From assembly GCA_047601445.1 (NCBI GenBank), contig JASGJH010000001.1:4448001-4512000 (forward strand): a stretch of DNA of 64,000 nt, written 5' to 3'. Under the pieces are notes generated by a model, which saw only the letters and a list, made by a program, of their open reading frames with translations, did no database searches and was not told the origin of the DNA. Shown piece after piece: positions 41,396 through 49,143 of the stretch. Within the stretch, counting starts at the first letter, position 1; each line of letters starts with the position of its first letter. Both the position numbers and the translations under genes were made by a program. This stretch comes from Myxococcales bacterium. Its GTDB lineage: Bacteria; Myxococcota_A; Polyangia; Polyangiales; DASUME01.

Positions 41396-41460
41396 GCTGT
41401 ATCTGGCTTGCGAGCGTCAGAACGCAACAGGGTTAGGTCCATGTCACGCGAGTTGAGGGG

Positions 41461-44400
41461 ATGAAGAAATCACCTGAGGTGGAGACACCGGAAGCCTGGG
41501 ACCTGAGTCGCGTTCGGCTCACGGTACAGGCCGTATCCGACGGCGCCGACGTTGGCGCGGCAACTCGCCTGTCGTCGAGACACGTTGGCTACCACCTTCA
41601 AGCGGGCAGAATTCTCGGATGGCTAGCTGGCGACAACAAGCACCCGACAGTCACCGATGCGGGACGAGCGCTCCTTGCAGCGCCACGAGACTCCGCTCAG
41701 GAAGCCGAGGCGCTTCGCTCCGCCGTTTCCGAATGCGCTGCCGTCAAGGTCGTCGTGGGGGAGCGCTTCAGTGGGATAACGTTCGAGGAGCTGGTCGCGG
41801 CTCTCGAAAGTAGCCCGCTAACCGGACTTGCGCGATCAACGGCCAAGAAGCGGGCCGCGGCGTTGCTGCGATGGCGTGACCGAACTCAGAGCGCTACGCC
41901 CGAGCTACCGTCCCAGGCAGAGAGCGCGCGGTGTGAACGCATACTTGTTCTTCAGTTCAGCGACATCCACACCAAAGACCACGCCGATCGCCAAAGGCTC
42001 GAGCACCGGCTATCCAGAGCGATATCGGCAGTAGCTGCACGGCCCGAAATCTATGGAATACGAGAATGCCTCGTGATCATATCCGGCGACATCTCGTACT
42101 CGGGGACGACAAGCCAGTTCGAACTCGCAAGCAGCGCACTGGAAAGCGCGCTTGGCAAGCTCAAGAGCCGCCTTTCTCTAAACGATGTCCAGGTCGTAGT
42201 CACCCCAGGCAACCACGACTGCGACTTTACCGTCGAGTCAAAGGCACGCGGAAAGCTGATCTCGTCAGTAGATCCGGCCGATGTAGACGTTTCATACGTT
42301 GAGGCATGCACAAGTACCCAAACAAGTTTCTGGAAGTTCGCATCGTTTTGGCACACCGGGCCGACGAGAAGCGTCGAAAAGAAAGTGGCAATGGAGATCC
42401 ACAGGATCTCCATTGCTGGGCGGACGATTCATGTCAACTCGTTGAACACTGCCTGGATGTCGACCATAGATGAGAAGCAGGGTGCACTCGTCTTTCCGAG
42501 TTCTGGAATCACAGCATTGCGAGCGCCATCGCCTGCTCCTGACGTCGTGATTACGGTTGGCCACCATGGCTACAACTGGTTTGAAGCCAACAACGCACGT
42601 GCCCTACGGACATCTGTCGAGACCTGCTCCGACATCCTCTTCAGTGGGCACGAGCATATGGCAGACAGCACGCTGAAGCTCGGATCCGCCGGCGACACCT
42701 CTTGGCATATCGAAGGCGGAGTCTTGAACGACAGCACCACCGCTGAGAACAGCTCGTTTAATGCGGTGATTCTGGACATAGCGGGAGGAGAACTTCGGGC
42801 TCTGTCGTTCCGGTGGAACGATGCAGACGACATGTATGTCATCGACCGTGAATCGTCACCCGTTGCATTCCAGCGCAACCAGTTGCGAATGAGGAGCGAA
42901 TTCCAGCTCAACCAAGCCTTCCAAGCGGCGTTGAACGACCCCGGAGAATCGTATCAGCATCCGAGAAAGTCTCCGATTCGGCTCCAGGATCTCTTTGTCT
43001 ACCCAAACCTGGAGGAGCGCGTTCACGAGAAGCACGCAGATGTCGCGCGACTAATCAGGACGCCTATCGATTTCATACTGCGAGAGCAATGCGTCCTGGT
43101 TCTTGCGCCTGAACGCGCAGGCAAGACGGCAATGGCACGCATGCTTTTCTCCGATCTATACAGGCTTGGATTCGTGCCGGTACTGATTGACGGGCGCCAA
43201 CTCGACAACCCGGCACCCGAGCGCGTCAACGCCAGAGCCGACGAATCGTTCGTTGAAGGCTACGACAGGGCGCTTCTTGAACGCTTTCGACAGCTCGACC
43301 CTGCCAAGCGGGTCTGCATCGTGGACGATCTTCACCGTTCTCCCCTCAACATCGCGGCCAAGGACAAGGCAATCGGAGTATTGGCAAGTTTTGCGGATAT
43401 GGTCGTAGTGTTCACCGATGAAAACTTCGACGTCGCAGCGGTCAGCGGCCCTACTCAAAGCTCCCATCTCTGGGATTTCTCGCATTGCACGATGCTCCCT
43501 TTGGGACACCGGGTGAGGTACGACTTAGTGTCGCGATGGTGCAATCTCGGGCGGGGCCATGGCGACGACCCCGATGCAGTTTCCCGAGAAACCGAGCGTC
43601 GCGACAGGACCGTAACACGTCTAATTGGCCAGAACTTTTTGCCTGCATATCCAGTCTTTGTCCTGCTCTGTTTACAGCAGCTGGAGATCAAGGCTCCTGA
43701 GAGCAACCTCGGATCATTTGGCCATCTCTACGAGGCGCTACTCACGCGCAACCTGATAAGCGGAGGCTCATCCTCGGGAATGGACCTGGATGCAAAGCAG
43801 CAGTTTCTTTCCCATTTCGCTTTCCACCTATTTGAGAGCGGCTCCGAAAGCACTGACAGGACTGCTTTCAATTCGTGTTACGACGAGTACTGCGAGCGAT
43901 TCCACGTTCGCTTTTCACTCGAACAACTTGAGAAGGAGCTGCTTGCCAGCCTAGTATTCGAGGTAAAATCCGGGCGGTATTGCTTCAAGTATCAGTACGC
44001 ATACCTATTTTTTGTTGCCAGGTATCTGCGAGATCGTTTGGACGAGACGAGGATTCGGGGCATCGTCGTTGAACTTTGCCGCAAGCTTCATCACGAGCAC
44101 TCAGCTAACATCCTCCTCTTCCTCTGTCATCTTTCTAAGCACCCATTCGTGCTGGACACTCTCCTGGAGGCGGCGCGGTCCTTGTTCTCCGACGGCATGC
44201 CCCTGGACATGGAAACGGCTCTTTCTCCGATTCACCAGAGGGCGGAGCCACGCACACTACGCCTGGAAGGCGGCGATCATCGCGAGAATCGACGCGCACT
44301 GCGCGATATCCGAGATCAAGGCGAACGCTCACGCGGCGACCGAATCGATCACGACGGATTGCCACCAGAGGTTATGACGTTCACCGCAGCCTACAAGACT

Positions 44401-44994
44401 GTTCACATTTTGGGCCAAGTACTCCGTGGGTTCCCTGGCTCGATTCCTGGAGACAAGAAGCTGGAGATTGCCTCCGAGTGCTACTCTCTCGGGCTGCGCT
44501 CGACACGCGCGCTGATGGAAATGATCATCGCTTCTCGCGAGGAAATCGAGGCCGGCTTGTGCGAGGTAATCGGGAGTCGACGGCCTGGACTTCGTGACGA
44601 TAGCGACAAGCTGCAAAACGCTGCGCGACGCATGCTTTTTGACCTTTGCGAGTCGATGTGTTTCGGGACCATTCAGCACATTTCAGACGCTGTTGGCCTG
44701 CAGACACTCTCACGGACCTACGACGAGGTCTTAAAGAAGCACAGCCCGATTTCATATCGCATCGTCGACCTATCCGTTCACCTAGACCATTTTGACGAGT
44801 TTCCGCAAACCCAACTTGATGGGCTACTACGTGACGCCAAGGGAAAGGTTCTTCCCATGAACCTGATCGGAAGACTGGTCTGGCGCCACATGTACCTCTT
44901 TCCTGTTAATCCAAGACTGATTCAGTCTCTGTGCAGCAAGCTGAACATTCAGTTCACCCTCGCCCTCAAGTCTTCGGGCAAGGGCCGAAGCTAG
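41461..44994 (+). CDS. calcineurin-like metallophosphoesterase fused to a STAND-like NTPase and helical C-terminus (putative defence protein)
   Basis: SDIH, SGD, PGNHD, GHH, GHEH; then LFVYPNL, variant Walker A APERAGKT, Walker B IVDD; N-terminal ~150-aa wHTH-like region. Confidence 0.82.
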   Translation: MKKSPEVETPEAWDLSRVRLTVQAVSDGADVGAATRLSSRHVGYHLQAGRILGWLAGDNKHPTVTDAGRALLAAPRDSAQEAEALRSAVSECAAVKVVVGERFSGITFEELVAALESSPLTGLARSTAKKRAAALLRWRDRTQSATPELPSQAESARCERILVLQFSDIHTKDHADRQRLEHRLSRAISAVAARPEIYGIRECLVIISGDISYSGTTSQFELASSALESALGKLKSRLSLNDVQVVVTPGNHDCDFTVESKARGKLISSVDPADVDVSYVEACTSTQTSFWKFASFWHTGPTRSVEKKVAMEIHRISIAGRTIHVNSLNTAWMSTIDEKQGALVFPSSGITALRAPSPAPDVVITVGHHGYNWFEANNARALRTSVETCSDILFSGHEHMADSTLKLGSAGDTSWHIEGGVLNDSTTAENSSFNAVILDIAGGELRALSFRWNDADDMYVIDRESSPVAFQRNQLRMRSEFQLNQAFQAALNDPGESYQHPRKSPIRLQDLFVYPNLEERVHEKHADVARLIRTPIDFILREQCVLVLAPERAGKTAMARMLFSDLYRLGFVPVLIDGRQLDNPAPERVNARADESFVEGYDRALLERFRQLDPAKRVCIVDDLHRSPLNIAAKDKAIGVLASFADMVVVFTDENFDVAAVSGPTQSSHLWDFSHCTMLPLGHRVRYDLVSRWCNLGRGHGDDPDAVSRETERRDRTVTRLIGQNFLPAYPVFVLLCLQQLEIKAPESNLGSFGHLYEALLTRNLISGGSSSGMDLDAKQQFLSHFAFHLFESGSESTDRTAFNSCYDEYCERFHVRFSLEQLEKELLASLVFEVKSGRYCFKYQYAYLFFVARYLRDRLDETRIRGIVVELCRKLHHEHSANILLFLCHLSKHPFVLDTLLEAARSLFSDGMPLDMETALSPIHQRAEPRTLRLEGGDHRENRRALRDIRDQGERSRGDRIDHDGLPPEVMTFTAAYKTVHILGQVLRGFPGSIPGDKKLEIASECYSLGLRSTRALMEMIIASREEIEAGLCEVIGSRRPGLRDDSDKLQNAARRMLFDLCESMCFGTIQHISDAVGLQTLSRTYDEVLKKHSPISYRIVDLSVHLDHFDEFPQTQLDGLLRDAKGKVLPMNLIGRLVWRHMYLFPVNPRLIQSLCSKLNIQFTLALKSSGKGRS

Positions 44995-45277
44995 GCGCAC
45001 GGGCCGCTCGTGAGCACTTGCGTCGCTGAAGCCTGTACCTTCCTCTGTATGGAGCCCAGGGGCAAAGCACCAACTTAGAGCCGGCAGAGGGCGCCGAGTC
45101 GCATAGAGGCCGGAGCCTTTGAGTTCGAGCACGTTGGATCCAGCGTCGCAGGCAAGCCTGTTCGGAAGCCCTCCAAGATGCCTAAATCGTCAGTTTGGTT
45201 TTCACCCCTATGGTGCAATGACGGAGTTGGTTGAGGAGTGACTCAAAGTCCTAGGAGGATTGAGTGACCTAGGATAG

Positions 45278-45465
45278 GGTACGTACAGGGGCTCACAGGA
45301 GCTCTACACATCCGGCTACATCCTTTGCGGGCCCAATGCGCATTTGGGGTCGTGAGGGTCGCATCGGCGCGGGTCACCGCTCTGACGCATGAAATATACT
45401 TTTTCGCTCGGATGCGGCTTGGTGCGGGAGCTTGCGAGCAAACGCACCATTTTTAATTTGGTGTT
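45278..45465 (+). ncRNA. putative structured ncRNA associated with the downstream reverse transcriptase
   Basis: Consecutive stems at 45288-45305, 45322-45358, 45359-45417 (enclosing hairpin 45369-45380 and U5 at 45400-45404) and 45420-45449. G-U pairs favour the + strand. Ends are approximate. Confidence 0.6.
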
Positions 45466-45471
45466 GTTGCG

Positions 45472-47019
45472 ATGGCATCACGGACTGAGACCCATCTGCT
45501 GAACGCGATCCAGGATGAGGCGCGCAAGCTCATCCTTCGATATCAGCGTTATGCTCACGATCTGCACAACGAGGCCATGAGAATCGGGCGTCGAGCAGGA
45601 AGGGTTCCGCCGAAGGAAGTCAGGCGGCCGGGCTATTGGTCGTTGCCGGCGTTCGATCCATTTCATGTTCGAGCTCAGGCAGGGGGCTACGCGCATGCCC
45701 TCGCCCGTTCCCTTGAGCGAGACACCTACAAGCCGTGGCCCGCCGTTTCGTACGATGTCCCGAAGTCCGATGGCACGATGCGAGAGGTCAACGTGTTCTC
45801 GGTCGCCGACAATGCGTTCTCTCGTCTCGTTTACAAGGGACTGCTCGCAAAGAACTGCACGCGTTTCAGCGCTCGCTGCTATGCCTATAGGACCGACTTG
45901 ACCGTCCATGATGCGATTACACACATCGCGTCAGAGTTTCGTTCAACGCAGCGCCTCTTCATTGCGGAGTTCGATTTCAGCAAGTTTTTCGACTCGATTT
46001 CGCATGACCACATTCTTCGGGTACTAGACAGCGGTCAGTTCCTTCTGACGAATCGAGAGAGACGAATCATTGAGTCGTTTCTACGCACCCCGACTCTAGG
46101 AGTTGCCAGCTGGACGAACCGCTCGGTCCTAGTGCGCGAGCGTGGAATTCCCCAGGGAACTTCCCTCTCTCTGTTCTTGGCCAACGCAGCAGCAAGCCCC
46201 CTCGACAGGACGCTCGAACGCATGAGCGTGGGTTTCGCACGCTATGCCGACGACACAATTATTTGGTCCACCGACTACAGCGCAGTCCTGGGTGCCGTCG
46301 ACGCTTTGTCTGAGGCTGCTCGTCTGATGGGAGTTCAGATAAACCTGAAAAAGTCCGGCGGAATTAGCCTAGTTTGCCCACCAACCTACCGAAGCCCTGA
46401 GCTTGCTTCAAGCAAGGCGTCGGCTGTCTATCTCGGCTACGGGATCTCGCAATCATTCGTTTCGATTAGCCCGAACAATGTAGAGGGCATCAAGAAGCGG
46501 ATAGCCGAGATCGTGTTTCGCAACCTACTCGAGTTTCCATCGAATGGCATACTGAACGCCGCTCGCGTAGACCCTCCTATTGACCGGGACTACTACGTCA
46601 TGATTCTTCAGATCAGACGCTACCTATACGGTGACGTGAGTGAGCTTCAACTTCGTAGATTCTTCAATCGCACAAGCGCAAGGATTCGCTTTAGAGGGCT
46701 CATGTCTTTCTACCCGTTGGTCGACCACTTCGACCAGCTGAAGGCGCTTGATGGCTGGATGGTTCATACGATCGCGACGACGCTCAAACTGCGTGGCGAC
46801 TACTTTGTCAAAGCCGGAGTCCAACTGCCTCGTCCGCACGGCCTGAGTCGTGGTGAACTCCTTACCTTTCAGGGGCGAAGCACAAAGGACACCCCACTTG
46901 ACTTGCGCATTCCGAGCTTCGTACGGATGGCTCGCCTAATGCAGCGGGTTACGAAGTTGCGTGGAGCCAATGCAATCGCGAATCCCAAGTCATTTGAGTA
47001 CTACTGGGGCCTGACGTGA
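45472..47019 (+). CDS. stand-alone reverse transcriptase, group-II-like core, probably defence-associated (DRT9/UG28-like)
   Basis: VPKSDGTMR, CYAYR, DFSKFFDSISH, GIPQGTSLS, RYADD (YADD at 46243-46254), YLGY. No HNH or Cas1 fusion; C-terminus FEYYWGLT. Confidence 0.9.
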   Translation: MASRTETHLLNAIQDEARKLILRYQRYAHDLHNEAMRIGRRAGRVPPKEVRRPGYWSLPAFDPFHVRAQAGGYAHALARSLERDTYKPWPAVSYDVPKSDGTMREVNVFSVADNAFSRLVYKGLLAKNCTRFSARCYAYRTDLTVHDAITHIASEFRSTQRLFIAEFDFSKFFDSISHDHILRVLDSGQFLLTNRERRIIESFLRTPTLGVASWTNRSVLVRERGIPQGTSLSLFLANAAASPLDRTLERMSVGFARYADDTIIWSTDYSAVLGAVDALSEAARLMGVQINLKKSGGISLVCPPTYRSPELASSKASAVYLGYGISQSFVSISPNNVEGIKKRIAEIVFRNLLEFPSNGILNAARVDPPIDRDYYVMILQIRRYLYGDVSELQLRRFFNRTSARIRFRGLMSFYPLVDHFDQLKALDGWMVHTIATTLKLRGDYFVKAGVQLPRPHGLSRGELLTFQGRSTKDTPLDLRIPSFVRMARLMQRVTKLRGANAIANPKSFEYYWGLT

Positions 47020-47495
47020 TGGTAGCGCTGATTGAACCTTCGTAAGATGGGTTGGGTTTGAACTCGAGCGCGGGTTGTCACCGGCATTGGCCCAAAGGCC
47101 TCGCGCGGCGCACTAGGCGTCGAAGCTCTGCAGTTTTGCGCGTGGGCCTCTCGGGTCCGTGGGGCATGCGCCGTTGAACGTTGCGTCGGGGGCGAGGCTC
47201 AAGTCGCTCACGGTCGAGACGGCCCTGTGGCCATCTTGCCGTTTGCGGGCGGTCTCTAGGGTTGGATCGAGGACAGCCTTCTGTCTGAGCTGGCGGGCTC
47301 GGCGGTGCCGAACCGCATTCGCGGAGTCGGTATGGAGAGAAGCCGGTCACTGGGCACTAGCACATTGCGAGATGCTGCGAGGGCAAGCAGAGACGAGTGC
47401 CGAGATCGGGCGGGACTGGATTCAAAGTTGGAAGCAACGGTTTGACCGACATTGGCGTAGACATCGAGGTTTCTCGGCGAGATACACTCAGCTCC

Positions 47496-48248
47496 ATGCA
47501 TGAGTCAGATGCCGCAGACATCGAGTCCCAAGCCACTCAAGACATGCTAATGCGCCACTCGGTTCTGATGCTGTTCGCCAGCCGAACTACTGGAGAGTGG
47601 TCTCAGGGAACTGGCACGTTCTTCGAGACTGATCGGCATCACTATCTCGTCACCGCAGCTCACGTTGCCGAGGACTTAGGGGCAGATGATCTTCGGTTCG
47701 GGCTGATTCTGCAGCCCGGGGGGAGCAAGGCAATCTTCGAGCCGGAGAGGCCGGACCACTGGATTTTAGGGAATCAGGCGACGCGCGATGTTGCGGCGTT
47801 CCGACTTGCGCGTGGGGACGTGCAGGAGATCAAACGTGCCGGATTTCGATTCCTCAGGGTCTCCGACTTCGCCGACGGCGAGTTCGGGCGATTTGCGATC
47901 TACGGCTACCCAAAGGCCATGACAACAATTGACCATCATGGCCTGCACAAGGATTCGGTGTGGCTCGAAGTACCTGCGTATGAGGGCTCCGAACGGTGCG
48001 GGAAGAATGAGTTCCTACTGAAGTGGCACGACGGCATTGATTTTCATCTGGGCGGCGTAAGTGGTTCGCCGGTGTGGGCCGTCCTCGAACAGAGACCAGG
48101 CTCCATTTGGGGCGGACCAACGGCTCACTACAAATTCTGCGGTATCCAGATCAGCATAAAGAAGGGCGAATGGATCAAATTCGTGCAGGCGTTTGTGGTG
48201 GGAGAAATGCTCGATCTTGCAGATCGCATCCAGATCATTCGGAAGTAG
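47496..48248 (+). CDS. cytoplasmic trypsin-like serine protease
   Basis: GTG, VTAAHV, DVA, GYP, GGVSGSP; no signal peptide. Start uncertain (ORF opens at 47397). Confidence 0.8.
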   Translation: MHESDAADIESQATQDMLMRHSVLMLFASRTTGEWSQGTGTFFETDRHHYLVTAAHVAEDLGADDLRFGLILQPGGSKAIFEPERPDHWILGNQATRDVAAFRLARGDVQEIKRAGFRFLRVSDFADGEFGRFAIYGYPKAMTTIDHHGLHKDSVWLEVPAYEGSERCGKNEFLLKWHDGIDFHLGGVSGSPVWAVLEQRPGSIWGGPTAHYKFCGIQISIKKGEWIKFVQAFVVGEMLDLADRIQIIRK

Positions 48249-48515
48249 CCTTCAGGTCTGTTTGAGGTTCGCGCGCTCTTGTCCGGTGCCGAGGCACAGC
48301 GCTGCGAGGTTCAAGCGAGGCACACGATAGCGAGCGTTGTGTTTACGGACGAGTCGAGCAAGACTGCGCTTACGGTCCCGTTCCGGCACGGCTTCAAGGC
48401 GTGGAAATGATCGGGATAGGCAGTTGAGGGCGCGCGGCTGTAGGCCCCGTAAACTCTCTTGCAAAGCCACGCTATTTCATCCTGCCAGTGACCAGCTCGC
48501 CGCCCTGCCCTCCGC

Positions 48516-48818
48516 CTACCTGCCCACCCAATACCCCGGCTTCCTCCGCTGATGCGCCACTGCCAGCACCTGCAACTCGTCGCCGACCACCCGCACGATC
48601 ACAAGATACGGGAACCGTCTCAATAGGTGCACGCGACGGGTCGGACTTCCCTTCCGCCATGCTCGTCCGCTGCGCGGAAACTGCCGCGCGCGCGCAAGCA
48701 CCACGCCTAGCTCGTCTACAAACGCGTCGCCGAGCTCGGCGCTCATCTCAGCGAAGTAGCGCTGAGCTTCCTGCACCTCGCGGGCGGCCGCAGGGTGGAA
48801 GAGAACCCTACGCGTCAC
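48516..48818 (-). CDS. type II toxin, RelE/ParE family
   Basis: FHPAAARE...F...FP...LRRFPY...VLAVAHQRRKPGYW. Confidence 0.9.
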   Translation of the reverse strand: MTRRVLFHPAAAREVQEAQRYFAEMSAELGDAFVDELGVVLARARQFPRSGRAWRKGSPTRRVHLLRRFPYLVIVRVVGDELQVLAVAHQRRKPGYWVGR

Positions 48819-49042
48819 CGCCGTAGACTCTCGCGCAACCCATCCCAGTCGATTAGCTCGACTTCGCCCTTCTCAATCTCTTCCTCACGCCGATCGAGCT
48901 CCGCGCTCCAGGCGGCCTCAAAGTCCGCCACGTCTTCGCCGGGAGGGTCGAGTGTCTTGAGCAGCTGGGTGATGACCTTGGCGCGCTCGGAGCTGTCGAG
49001 CGCACTCGCTTGCTTCACGATGTCGGCAACCTTGGAGGCCAT
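48815..49042 (-). CDS. addiction module antitoxin (TIGR02574-like)
   Basis: AL...ERA...LL..LD...AAWSAELDRR...IDW; 4-nt overlap with the toxin gene. Confidence 0.88.
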   Translation of the reverse strand: MASKVADIVKQASALDSSERAKVITQLLKTLDPPGEDVADFEAAWSAELDRREEEIEKGEVELIDWDGLRESLRR

Positions 49043-49070
49043 GGTTCGAGTTTACCTTTCCGCAGCTCCA

Positions 49071-49106
49071 AATCAAAAGGGCGAGCCTGCTGCTGCAAAC
49101 TCGCCC
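49071..49106 (-). terminator. intrinsic terminator after nrdJ
   Basis: Minus strand GGGCGAG-N14-CTCGCCC followed by TTTTGATT. Confidence 0.6.
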
Positions 49107-49143
49107 CCTTCATCTAGCTCTCACTCGGGTGAGGCAGTGCTCG

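Noticed and set aside
45472..47019. RT as a retron
   Set aside because: No NAxxH or VTG motifs (it has VHDAITH and YLGY), and no long a1/a2 inverted repeat flanks the upstream region; only a 7-bp ATGGTGC/GCACCAT match.
45000..47400. RT as a mobile group II intron
   Set aside because: No recognisable domain V/VI after the stop, no GTGCG 5' end at a suitable distance, no interrupted host gene and no endonuclease domain. Checked by eye only.
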